This document shows, piece by piece, positions 31,278 to 40,049 of a stretch of 64,000 nt of DNA. Position numbers and translations under genes: made by a program. Position 1 is the stretch's first letter. Each line of letters opens with the position of its first letter. This DNA comes from Desulfomonilia bacterium (lineage in GTDB: Bacteria; Desulfobacterota; Desulfomonilia; UBA1062): positions 448,001 through 512,000 of the forward strand of contig CAXXDQ010000007.1 in the NCBI GenBank assembly GCA_963664325.2, read 5' to 3'. The notes beneath the pieces are model-generated. The model did not search any database and had not been told where the DNA came from. It saw nothing but the letters and a program-made list of their open reading frames with translations.

Positions 31278-31368
31278 TTTTCACCTTGATTTATATAATT
31301 TTGCTCGATTGATGTTTTCTTTAAAACGTTTACCCGGTGCAATAAATTCAGTTTCAACATAAAACTAG

Positions 31369-31398
31369 AAGCCGGAGACATTCAAAAATCTCCGGCTT
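31369..31398 (-). terminator. Hairpin downstream of precursor gene 1 (terminator or mRNA-stabilising stem-loop)
   Basis: AAGCCGGAGA-N10-TCTCCGGCTT, perfect 10-bp stem 18 nt after the stop. Confidence 0.65.
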
Positions 31399-31416
31399 AT
31401 GGAATAAACTGGCTTA

Positions 31417-31677
31417 TTAAAAACCATTACCTTCAGAAACACAAGCAGTACTTGCTGAGTTTCCTGAAGAAAAACAGTCATGCATATCGGTTCCTGGTGA
31501 ATTGCCATCACCAGTACATGACAGGGTTGCAAAATTACCAGTCATGCAGGGGGAGTCTGCATTTGATCCCGGTGTAGTACAGTCTCCGATAGAATTCGAG
31601 GTTCCATCAAGCTTTATCGCTTTCGGCGCTTCGTATACGTGTTTAGAAACGGTACCGGATTTGTTTTCTTTAGCCAT
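31417..31677 (-). CDS. Cys-repeat RiPP precursor peptide 1 (86 aa)
   Basis: MAKENK...VYEAPKAIKLDGTSNSIG-DCTTPGSNADSPCMTGNFATLSCTGDGNSPGTDMHDCFSSGNSASTACVSEGNGF. AGGAG RBS; paralogous to 32095 and 32393. Confidence 0.85.
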   Translation of the reverse strand: MAKENKSGTVSKHVYEAPKAIKLDGTSNSIGDCTTPGSNADSPCMTGNFATLSCTGDGNSPGTDMHDCFSSGNSASTACVSEGNGF

Positions 31678-31775
31678 CACCATCTCCTAATATATTATCA
31701 TCCGTCATGAGCAAGATAATATTTAACACTTAATCTAAAGACGGGAAAAGTCAACCGTCATATGTTACATTGTCG

Positions 31776-32098
31776 TCAATATATTACCCTGCAGCCGGAG
31801 AAACCGTTCGAGTTGAGCCTGTCCGCAAGTTCAAAGACATCACAGCCGATGTCCCCGGGTACACCCGTAAAAGCCTCTTTTATAAGCTCTACTATCCGGC
31901 CAACGTCTTTAGCGCCGTCGCTGCATTCCTTCTTAACTTGCCCGTGGAGTTGACGGGCACAAAATTTCCGGTATCCATATTGACCCGCACGGCCCAGCCG
32001 TTTTCTTCATCCTGATAGATAACATCGGGGTTGTAGAGAATTGCACCATCTTCTCCCTCGTCCCGGAATGATATGTCAGGGGTCGCTTAATACTTCAA
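31776..32098 (-). pseudogene. Chimeric PqqD/RRE pseudogene (type A N-terminus fused to type B body)
   Basis: Hand translation: KY*ATPDISFRDEGEDGAILY-NPD-VIYQDEENGWAVRVNMDTGNFVPVNSTGK..[1-nt deletion ~31920]..DGAKDVGRIVELIKEAFTGVPGDIGCDVFELADRLNSNGFSGCRVIY*. Confidence 0.85.
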
Positions 32099-32346
32099 AA
32101 ACCACTCCCTACAGTAAGACAAGTCGTAGGGCTATTACCACTTGAATCACAATCGCCTATAGCGCCTATTCCATTGGCATAACAAGCTTGCATTGCTCCA
32201 TTACCATTCGTAATGCAATCTTGAACATCCCCTGAACCAGCCCCAACACAATCACCCATAGATTTACGGGTGCCATCCAGCCTCATTACCTTCGGCGCTT
32301 CGTAAACAGGCCTCACATCATTGACATTCTTTTTTTCTCTTGCCAT
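32095..32346 (-). CDS. Cys-repeat RiPP precursor peptide 2 (83 aa)
   Basis: MAREKK...VYEAPKVMRLDGTRKSMG-DCVGAGSGDVQDCITNGNGAMQACYANGIGAIGDCDSSGNSPTTCLTVGSGF. AGGAGAGG RBS. Confidence 0.87.
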   Translation of the reverse strand: MAREKKNVNDVRPVYEAPKVMRLDGTRKSMGDCVGAGSGDVQDCITNGNGAMQACYANGIGAIGDCDSSGNSPTTCLTVGSGF

Positions 32347-32392
32347 TATCCTCTCCTTGTTTTTAACCAATAAGCAGGGTTCGCTTTATACC

Positions 32393-32641
32393 TCAAAAAC
32401 CACTCCCATCAGTAAGATAATTTACAGGGCTATTACCACTTGCTTCACAATCTCCTATAGCGCCTGATCCAGAAGCATGACAAATATCTATTGCACCATT
32501 ACCATACGAAAGGCAATTTTGACCATCACCTTAACCCGCCGTACATTCCCCTAAAGATGTTCGGGTGCCGTCCAGTCTCATTACCTTTGGCGCTTCGTAA
32601 ACAGGCCTCGCATCATCGAGATGCCTTTTTTCTTTTGCCAT
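32393..32641 (-). pseudogene. Cys-repeat RiPP precursor 3 with an in-frame TAA
   Basis: MAKEKRHLDDARPVYEAPKVMRLDGTRTSLGECTAG*GDGQNCLSYGNGAIDICHASGSGAIGDCEASGNSPVNYLTDGSGF; TAA at 32531-32533. Confidence 0.87.
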
Positions 32642-32795
32642 TTTCCCCTCCCTTATCTTTATCCAATAAGAATGAGCAATATCTTATAATCTCAAAATTT
32701 AAAAGGATGGGAAGTCAACATTCGTAGTACAGCAAACCATTACAATTTTAAAGATCTTCCAATCCGGCAACCGGCGGGCAAATTTGTCATAAGCA

Positions 32796-33083
32796 TCAAT
32801 ACTCCACCTTATATCCGAAAAAACCGTTTGCCCTGAGGTTATCGATCAGTCCGGCAACATCATTATCAATATCATCAGGCACGCTTGAAAAGCTCTCTTT
32901 TATAAGACCGATTATCTTTCCCACGCTTTTCCTACCGTCAGCCGCCTTCCAGATTGATTTGCCCGTACTGTTAACGGCAATCGAATTGCCAGTGTCCATA
33001 TTGACCAGAACGGCCCAGCCATCATCCTCATCCTGATAAATCACGTCCGGGTTCGGATACGGTATATACTCGTAATTTGACAT
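32796..33083 (-). CDS. PqqD/RRE peptide-recognition protein (type B)
   Basis: NPDVIYQDEDDGWAVLVNMDTGNSIAVNSTGKSIW..ADG...IDNDVAGLIDNLRANGF. Confidence 0.85.
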   Translation of the reverse strand: MSNYEYIPYPNPDVIYQDEDDGWAVLVNMDTGNSIAVNSTGKSIWKAADGRKSVGKIIGLIKESFSSVPDDIDNDVAGLIDNLRANGFFGYKVEY

Positions 33084-33227
33084 ACCAATAATCTATAAAA
33101 TTATTCTCAGACTGTAAAACAAAAAAACATCAACTTTATCATGGATTCATTTCATAATGCACAGTGAATAATAAACATATTTCCCGGACCAATCCTCGCC
33201 TCAAACCACACCTTAAATCTTTTCTTC

Positions 33228-34100
33228 TCATCTGGATTTTGAAAAGTCTCCGCGCAGATACGGGACAAGCGAACTTATGACAAACCAGGCAAAGGCCGCA
33301 AGGATTACTGTGGCGCCTGTAGCGGTATAGGCCCATTCCTGAGCGGAAATTATCAGGCCGGCTGCGGCCGACGTTATGCTTATCAGAACCGCCCACCAGA
33401 ACATGGCGCCGGCCGTGCGGGACAGATTCCTTGCCGCAGCAGCAGGTACAATGAGAAGGGCCGTTACAAGCAGAACCCCCACTGCCCTTACCGAAAAGAT
33501 CACCACGACTGAAAGCAGCGCGGCATACATGTACTGATAAAAAGCGACCTTTATCCGGTGCGCCCTGGCAAGTGCATGGTTGAGTCCGATATAAAACAGA
33601 CGGTTGTAGCTGAAACCCATAAAAACAATGATGATAAGGGCAAGGGCTGCAAGCCTTAATATATCGCCGGTGCTTATGGACAATATGTCGCCATACAAAA
33701 AGATCTGCATATCGCGGGCTACGCTGCGGTCGCGGCTGACTATCGCAATTCCGAATGCTACGACGGCGGAAAAGAAAACACCTACAACAGTATCCATGGA
33801 AAGCTTGCTTTTCCGCTGCATCACCGTAATGGAAAGTCCGACAATCAGGGCGAATACGACCATAGTAACTGAAGGGTTCATTGATGCCATCAATCCTATG
33901 GCGACTCCTGTAAAGGCCGAATGGCTTATTGCATCAGAGAAAAACGCCATCCTGAAATTTACGACCTGTATGCCCATGACAGCGGCCATCGGCGCCAGAA
34001 GCAAGAGCCCGACAAGCGCCTGCTGCATGAACCTTGCTTCCATACATTCGAAAGGAAGCGCCAGAGGTATGATACCGTAAACAGCTGACAGGTCAGGCAT
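33228..34100 (-). CDS. znuB: Zn/Mn ABC transporter permease
   Basis: MAFFSDAISHSAFTG, FLYGDIL, VGVLLVTALLIVPAAAA. Confidence 0.9.
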   Translation of the reverse strand: MPDLSAVYGIIPLALPFECMEARFMQQALVGLLLLAPMAAVMGIQVVNFRMAFFSDAISHSAFTGVAIGLMASMNPSVTMVVFALIVGLSITVMQRKSKLSMDTVVGVFFSAVVAFGIAIVSRDRSVARDMQIFLYGDILSISTGDILRLAALALIIIVFMGFSYNRLFYIGLNHALARAHRIKVAFYQYMYAALLSVVVIFSVRAVGVLLVTALLIVPAAAARNLSRTAGAMFWWAVLISITSAAAGLIISAQEWAYTATGATVILAAFAWFVISSLVPYLRGDFSKSR

Positions 34101-34899
34101 TCGCAACACCCCCGCCATTTTCCTCATCACATTCTGTACAACCGTCCTTTATCGGCCTGAAGCTGAGCTCTCCGATATGAGGACCGAACATGTCAAGCAG
34201 TATGCCCTTGTTGAAAATGTCTTTCGGCGCACCTTCCGCAATCAATTTCCTATTGAGGCAAATCACATGGCTAGCATGGTAGGCCACCATTCCCAGATCA
34301 TGGCTGACCATAAGCTGGGTAAAGCCTTTTTCAATTCTGAGGTGCTCAAGGAGATGGCAGAAAACCTGGCCTCCTTTCATATCAACACCGGCGTCAGGTT
34401 CATCAAGAACAAGGATTTCCGGATCCCTCTGAATGGCAAGAGCCAGCAGAACCCTCTGCATCTCTCCGCCTGAAAGAGCACCGAGTCTTCTTCTCAAAAG
34501 GTGCTCGGCCTTTACCGAATAAAGCAGTTGAGAGGCAGTCTCCTGCATGCTTCTGTCTATTCCGAGCCAGAACGGTTTTTTCTGAACACCCATGGACAGG
34601 AATTCGATTACGGTTAAAGGAATACCCCTGTCAAAGGCGAACCGCTGCGGGACATAACCTATTCTGACTCCGCTCTTTGAATCATGTGAATAAATTCTAA
34701 TATCGCCTCTGTATTTTATCTCGCCGAGCAGAGCAAGCAGCAGCGTTGTTTTCCCGGCGCCGTTCGGGCCTATGATTGCCGTGCACTCTCCCTCAGGGAC
34801 ATCCGCATTTATATTCTCAAGGATCGACACCCCTCCCATTTCCACGCCTAAATTTTTAAATTGAATGGCTGACTTAACGGACAGATGTTCTTTTTCCAT
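34093..34899 (-). CDS. znuC: Zn/Mn ABC transporter ATPase
   Basis: GPNGAGKTT, IGYVPQ, LSGGEMQR, LDEP, SHD. Confidence 0.92.
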   Translation of the reverse strand: MEKEHLSVKSAIQFKNLGVEMGGVSILENINADVPEGECTAIIGPNGAGKTTLLLALLGEIKYRGDIRIYSHDSKSGVRIGYVPQRFAFDRGIPLTVIEFLSMGVQKKPFWLGIDRSMQETASQLLYSVKAEHLLRRRLGALSGGEMQRVLLALAIQRDPEILVLDEPDAGVDMKGGQVFCHLLEHLRIEKGFTQLMVSHDLGMVAYHASHVICLNRKLIAEGAPKDIFNKGILLDMFGPHIGELSFRPIKDGCTECDEENGGGVANA

Positions 34900-34900
34900 T

Positions 34901-35854
34901 CTATTTCTTCCCCAGTGTCACTTTTAATGTCTCTATGTTTTTCATCATAACCATTTCATAATAGTTGAGGCCTGCATTTTCAGGGCCCGTGGCAACAGGG
35001 TCGAGTATTGCTGACGGTATGCCGGCCTCTTTTGCTATAACCTGCGGCACCTTTGATGAATACTGGGGTTCATAAAAAACGGCGCCCGCCTTATATCTCT
35101 TGACTTCCCTTATTATTGAAAGCATCTCCGATGCCGACGGTTCCTGGCCGGGATGCGACTCTATAACGGCAACTATATCAAGACCTGCATCGCGCGCCAG
35201 ATAATCGAACACCCCGTGCTGGGTAACGATATTCCTGTTTTTAAGCATCTTAACCGATGAAACGAAATTATCCGACAGGCGGTTCATTTTTGAAGCATAG
35301 GCCTTTGCATTCCTGTTGTAGGTTTCAGCCCCGCCGGGGTCGGCTTTTGAAAGAGCCGAGGCTATGTTCATGGCAAGCTGACCACACATACGGGGGCTTG
35401 CAAAAAGGTGCGGGTTTACACCTTCATGATGATGGTCCTTGACCTTGTCATGGCCCGTCAGAATCTGACCGCCATCCGCGTTTCCGAGAAGGTTTTTTAT
35501 GCCCGCCGAACTGTCAACAACCCTCAACCGGCTGTTCGCCTTCCCGAGAATCGTGTCCATGAACTCCTCCATCCCCAGACCGTTTATTATAAGGATATCC
35601 GCCCTGGAAATCTTTTGCATGTCCTTCGGCGTCAAGGAATAATCATGCGGGCACCCGGATGCCGGAGGCAGCATCAATTCGACTTTGACCGCAGCATTTC
35701 CCTGAACGACATTCCTGGTTATCTGATAAACGGGAAAAGTGCTGCAGAGGACTTCCATCTTTTTCCCTGACGAATAAACCTCGCCGGTCATCAGAAATGA
35801 CAATAGGAAAATACAGCTCATAATGATGGCCTTCATTTCACACTTTCCAATCAT
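34901..35854 (-). CDS. znuA: Zn/Mn ABC substrate-binding protein
   Basis: CPHDY, His-rich loop HDKVKDHHHE, NPHLF, EP motif. Start may be ATG 35836. Confidence 0.9.
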   Translation of the reverse strand: MIGKCEMKAIIMSCIFLLSFLMTGEVYSSGKKMEVLCSTFPVYQITRNVVQGNAAVKVELMLPPASGCPHDYSLTPKDMQKISRADILIINGLGMEEFMDTILGKANSRLRVVDSSAGIKNLLGNADGGQILTGHDKVKDHHHEGVNPHLFASPRMCGQLAMNIASALSKADPGGAETYNRNAKAYASKMNRLSDNFVSSVKMLKNRNIVTQHGVFDYLARDAGLDIVAVIESHPGQEPSASEMLSIIREVKRYKAGAVFYEPQYSSKVPQVIAKEAGIPSAILDPVATGPENAGLNYYEMVMMKNIETLKVTLGKK

Positions 35855-35880
35855 TTACCGGCCCCTTTAAAATAGCTTAT

Positions 35881-35924
35881 TGCAAACTCATTTGCATTAT
35901 GATTATTAACAATAAACATGTCAA
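35881..35924 (-). promoter_or_regulatory. znuA promoter and probable Zur operator
   Basis: Minus strand TTGACA-N17-CATAAT (35924-35896). Palindrome TGCAAA-CTCA-TTTGCA (35881-35896) abuts the -10/+1. Confidence 0.7.
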
Positions 35925-35973
35925 TCGTTATTGGGATTTAGCTCATAACAATAAATTTCAAGAAGGTTTAGGA

Positions 35974-36351
35974 ATGTACAAGCGAAACACATCTCGAAGA
36001 AAACTGCTTGAGGAGATCATGTCATCAAGCGCAACCCCTTTAAGTGTTCAGGATATCTTATCCAAAGGAAGGGCGCGGATCAAGTCGCTAAACCAGGCCA
36101 CCGTTTACAGAAACCTGAAGATTCTCGTAGAAAACGAACGGCTGAAGGTCATCTCCCACCCGGCGCTGGGCCATCTCTATGAAATGAAGGAAAAGGACCA
36201 TCACCACCACTTTTATTGTCAGAAATGCGATAAGGTCTACCAGCTTGACGGCTGCCCGCTGAAGAAAACAGGTATTTCACCACCAGGATTTGTGCTTGAG
36301 GACCATGAAGTGTACCTCTCGGGCATCTGTGCAGACTGCAACAGAAGCTGA
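35974..36351 (+). CDS. zur: Fur-family regulator, probably Zur
   Basis: ATVYRNL, HHHHFYCQKC, GICADC; divergent from znuACB. Confidence 0.85.
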   Translation: MYKRNTSRRKLLEEIMSSSATPLSVQDILSKGRARIKSLNQATVYRNLKILVENERLKVISHPALGHLYEMKEKDHHHHFYCQKCDKVYQLDGCPLKKTGISPPGFVLEDHEVYLSGICADCNRS

Positions 36352-36354
36352 GGA

Positions 36355-37728
36355 CTATTCCGGCTGAGTTTTCTTTTTCCTTTCTTCAAGCTGCCTCCTT
36401 ACCTCTTCATGGCTTTCCTTTGTAATGGGCAGGAGCTTTACGAAGACACCGGAAATGATGAAAAATATCCCGGGACCGATGCCGATCATAACCCTTATGC
36501 AGGTAAGCGCTGCCTGAGGTTGTGGCAGCGTGCTGTTTTCCATATAGCCGAATATACCCATCAGCATGGATGCAGCCCATATCACAATTCCGGTAAGGAT
36601 GGTCAGCAGTGAGAATGTTACGCCGTAAAAGGCCCCTTCCCTCCTAACGCCGTTTGAGAGTTCGTCAAACTCGATGACGTCGGGCATCATGGAAAAAGGG
36701 ATCACCTGGGTAGCAGAAATACCGATGCCGGCAAGCCCGCAAAGGATGCCTGCGGCAGCGATATTCGATGGCGGCAGGAAAAGCGCGCTCAACATTACGA
36801 TAACCATATATGCCATTGCCAGGAAAAACGCCGTCTTCTTTCCCTTCTTCTCGCCGATGTAAACCCAGAGCGGAGCGGCGACAACCGCAGTGATCAGCGG
36901 CAGGCCCAGCAGTATGTAGGTCATGCTTTCAGGCATTTTCAGAACGTCCTTCAGATAGAACAGAAAAAGGCATTGTATGAGATTGAATCCCAAGAGGTTC
37001 ATTATGAACATGGTGATGGCTATCCTCGATTCCCTGAGCTTCATGATGGAGCCTATGATCCTGAACATGCCGCCTGTGACTTCGGCCTCTGACTTCACCC
37101 TTTCCTTTGTCCAGAAAAACGTTATCAGAAGAGAGACCAGGAAAACCGCTCCGCCGATCAGGCCCATGACGGGATAGCTTTCTCTGTAAAACTCCCTGCC
37201 CTTGTATATTTCGTCTACGATAAGGGCGACGCCTGCGGCGCCTATGAGATTTCCCACGAAAGTGAGCCCCATCCTTATCCCGGATATGCTGGTACGCTCG
37301 TCATAATTCATAGAAAGTTCCGGCATGAGAGAATTGTAAGGCAGCGCCACAAAGGTATAAATGGTGACATAGAGCACGTATACAACTGAAAAATATATGA
37401 TGTTGGACATATGACCGCTGAACGGGACGACCCATAAAAGCACGAACAGGACCGAAACCGGCAAAGAGCCGAAAATTATGAAGGGCCTTCTCCTGCCGAA
37501 CCTTGTCTCCGTCCTGTCGGATATCATCCCGACAATAAAGTTCAGCACGGCATTATAGATATTGACCGCCAGGAATATGCTTCCTGCAAGCTTGGCGGGC
37601 ACCCCTGTAACGTTGATGACGAAATACAAGAGATAAAAACTTACCGCGGTGAATACGACATTGATGCCGAAATCTCCTATGCCGTATGCGAACTTTTCCC
37701 AGAGCGGAACGACAAATCCCGGTTTCAT
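36355..37728 (-). CDS. MFS glycoside-pentoside-hexuronide (GPH/MelB-like) transporter
   Basis: AYGIGDFG, SDRTETRFGRRRPF, PYNSLMPE...YDERT, RREGAFYG. Confidence 0.9.
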   Translation of the reverse strand: MKPGFVVPLWEKFAYGIGDFGINVVFTAVSFYLLYFVINVTGVPAKLAGSIFLAVNIYNAVLNFIVGMISDRTETRFGRRRPFIIFGSLPVSVLFVLLWVVPFSGHMSNIIYFSVVYVLYVTIYTFVALPYNSLMPELSMNYDERTSISGIRMGLTFVGNLIGAAGVALIVDEIYKGREFYRESYPVMGLIGGAVFLVSLLITFFWTKERVKSEAEVTGGMFRIIGSIMKLRESRIAITMFIMNLLGFNLIQCLFLFYLKDVLKMPESMTYILLGLPLITAVVAAPLWVYIGEKKGKKTAFFLAMAYMVIVMLSALFLPPSNIAAAGILCGLAGIGISATQVIPFSMMPDVIEFDELSNGVRREGAFYGVTFSLLTILTGIVIWAASMLMGIFGYMENSTLPQPQAALTCIRVMIGIGPGIFFIISGVFVKLLPITKESHEEVRRQLEERKKKTQPE

Positions 37729-37934
37729 GCATACTCCCTTCTCAAAGGCAGACAGATCATGATTCATTATATTATTCCAGAAACATCATGAATTCAATTA
37801 TTCTGTTCCGGGTGCAAAATCATGCTTGCCCTTTCATAACTGTTGACCGCAGCCTAATGCAAATGTATGAATAACTGGCCTGATCAAAGGCATGATCAGA
37901 TAAAATAATATCAAGAAACTGGGGAGGTAGTATT

Positions 37935-39101
37935 ATGAAAGGATTAAGATTTCTGGCAGTTTTTCTCTTATGCGCATTGATTGCAGCACCAGCAACGGCG
38001 GCAAATAACGAACCCATCAAGATAGGGGCGATACTGGGAGTCACCGGACCTGCGGCCAACCTGGGAAAACCCGAGGCCAACACACTTGAAATGCTTACAG
38101 CCGATATCAACAAGAAGGGCGGCATCAACGGCCGCAAGATACAGCTCATAATCAAGGATTCGGCGGCAAGTCCCGAAAAGGCCATCTCTTTTGCAAAACA
38201 GCTCATAGATGAAGACAAGGTCGTTGCGATAATCGGCCCGTCGACCAGCGGCGAGTCCATGAAAATCAAAGGCATTGCAGAAGACGGCAAAACCATACTG
38301 ATGTCATGCGCCGCAGCTGAAGCGATTGTCGTTCCCGTCAAGAAATACATATTCAAGACGCCTCAGAACGACAGGTTCGCAGCCATGAAAATTTTCTATC
38401 AGATGAACAAGATGGGCATCAAACAGATAGCAATCCTCTCAAGCAATACCGGCTTCGGCAATGCGGGGAAACAGCAGCTTGAGAACATCGCACCCCAGTA
38501 CGGAATCTCTATCGTCGCAAACGAGGTCTATGACAAGGAAGCGACCGACCTTTCGGCAGTCATTACAAAAGTCAAGACCGCAGGGGCCCAGGCCATTGTC
38601 AACTGGTCGATAGAACCAGCGCAGTCCATAGTGATAAAGAACGCCAGGCAGGCGCTCGGGCCAAAATTCCCCATCTTTCAGAGTCATGGATTCGGCAACA
38701 TAAATTATGTCAAGGCGGCCGGGCCTGCTGCAGATGGCGTGATTTTCCCTGCAGGCAGACTCCTCATTGCCAACCTGCTGCCTAATACCAACAAGCAGAA
38801 ACCCGTCCTTTTGAAGTACAAGAAGGACTACGAAGCCAGCTACAAGGAAGAAGCCAGCACATTCGGCGGCCACGCATACGATGCCTTTACAATACTGGTT
38901 TCGGCGATCAGAAAGGCCGGAACAGACAATGAAAAACTCCGCACTGAAATAGAAAACATGAAAGGTCTTGTAGGGACTGCGGGTATTTTCAATTTCTCTC
39001 CCTCTGACCACAACGGCCTTAACATGGATTCTTTCGTAATGCTTACGGTAAAGAACGGCAAATTCGTCCCTCTACCGGACACCCCGGTAAAAACGAAATA
39101 G
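37935..39101 (+). CDS. Branched-chain/aromatic acid ABC substrate-binding protein
   Basis: Signal peptide, IKIGAIL..TGPAA.LG, GGINGRKI, HAYDA. Confidence 0.9.
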   Translation: MKGLRFLAVFLLCALIAAPATAANNEPIKIGAILGVTGPAANLGKPEANTLEMLTADINKKGGINGRKIQLIIKDSAASPEKAISFAKQLIDEDKVVAIIGPSTSGESMKIKGIAEDGKTILMSCAAAEAIVVPVKKYIFKTPQNDRFAAMKIFYQMNKMGIKQIAILSSNTGFGNAGKQQLENIAPQYGISIVANEVYDKEATDLSAVITKVKTAGAQAIVNWSIEPAQSIVIKNARQALGPKFPIFQSHGFGNINYVKAAGPAADGVIFPAGRLLIANLLPNTNKQKPVLLKYKKDYEASYKEEASTFGGHAYDAFTILVSAIRKAGTDNEKLRTEIENMKGLVGTAGIFNFSPSDHNGLNMDSFVMLTVKNGKFVPLPDTPVKTK

Positions 39102-39113
39102 TTCCTAATAACC

Positions 39114-39141
39114 GGGATGAGGTTTATTCATGCCTCATCCC
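39114..39141 (+). terminator. Intercistronic hairpin after the substrate-binding protein gene
   Basis: GGGATGAGG-N10-CCTCATCCC followed by TTT. Confidence 0.55.
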
Positions 39142-39158
39142 TTTACCTAACCAAAGGC

Positions 39159-40049
39159 ATGGGCATAGAAACCTTTTTCCAGTATATAATAGCAGGAATC
39201 ACCTACGGTACGATCTACGCAATTGTAGCCATCGGCTTCAACATCATCTACAACGCCACAGGGATAATAAATTTCGCGCAGGGCGAATTTGTAATGCTGG
39301 GGGCAATGACGGCAGTTACGCTTAACGAATACATGCCTCTGCCTGCCGCAATAATCTGCGCCGTTATCATAACAATGATGATAGGGGCTCTCATCGAAAT
39401 CCTCTTCATACGCTGGCTCAAAAACCCGGCCGTTCTGAGGCTCACGATAATAACCATCGGACTTTCTATTCTGATAAGGGAGGCGGCCCTTCACATCTGG
39501 GGTGCGGGTGTCAGATCACTGCCCTATTTTACAGGCACCGCCGTCACCACGATATCCATTGGAGGCGTGCTTGTATCCCCGCAGATACTATGGGTGATTG
39601 GTGTCTCCGGGATAATGGTTCTGATCCTGAGCTTCTTTTTCAATTATACACTCGCAGGCAAGCAGATGAGGGCCTGCTCATCGAACAGCGATGCCGCAAG
39701 ACTGTGCGGAATCAATGCAAAAAACATGGTAAGCCTTTCCTTCATATTGAGCGCAGGTCTCGGGGCGCTTGCGGGGTGCGTCGTGTGCCCGATCACCTAT
39801 GTCCAGTATGACAGCGGAACCAGCCTGGCAATCAAGGGCTTCACGGTGGCGATCCTGGGCGGTCTCGGAAACAGTCCCGCCGCAATAGCCGCCGGAATGA
39901 TCCTGGGCATCATGGAATCGTTCTCCATATGCATAATGCCTACGGCGTACAAGGACGTCATAGCCATCACCCTGCTCCTTCTGATACTTTTCGTGAGGCC
40001 TTCAGGCCTGTTCGGAAACGCCGAAACCTCACGCCTGAAGGAGTTCTGA
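39159..40049 (+). CDS. livH: Branched-chain ABC permease (LivH-like)
   Basis: INFAQGEF, GKQMRA, ILGGLG, VRPSGLFG. Confidence 0.88.
   Translation: MGIETFFQYIIAGITYGTIYAIVAIGFNIIYNATGIINFAQGEFVMLGAMTAVTLNEYMPLPAAIICAVIITMMIGALIEILFIRWLKNPAVLRLTIITIGLSILIREAALHIWGAGVRSLPYFTGTAVTTISIGGVLVSPQILWVIGVSGIMVLILSFFFNYTLAGKQMRACSSNSDAARLCGINAKNMVSLSFILSAGLGALAGCVVCPITYVQYDSGTSLAIKGFTVAILGGLGNSPAAIAAGMILGIMESFSICIMPTAYKDVIAITLLLLILFVRPSGLFGNAETSRLKEF

Noticed and set aside
32531-32533. Recoding (Sec/Pyl) of the internal stop in precursor 3
   Set aside because: The codon is TAA, not TGA or TAG, and aligns to Ser (TCA) in the paralogue.
31417-32641. CRISPR array or DNA-level repeat element
   Set aside because: The repeats are paralogous coding sequences; there are no identical direct repeats with unique spacers and no cas genes.
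31502-32727. Plus-strand ORFs 31502-31690, 31762-31953, 31770-32015 and 32491-32727
   Set aside because: Antisense to precursor 1, the chimeric RRE pseudogene and precursor 3, which explain the sequence better.
27199-33083. Lasso peptide or PQQ cluster
   Set aside because: Despite the YxxP leader, RREs and kinase-like domain, there is no lasso cyclase, transglutaminase-like protease or pqqA/B/C.
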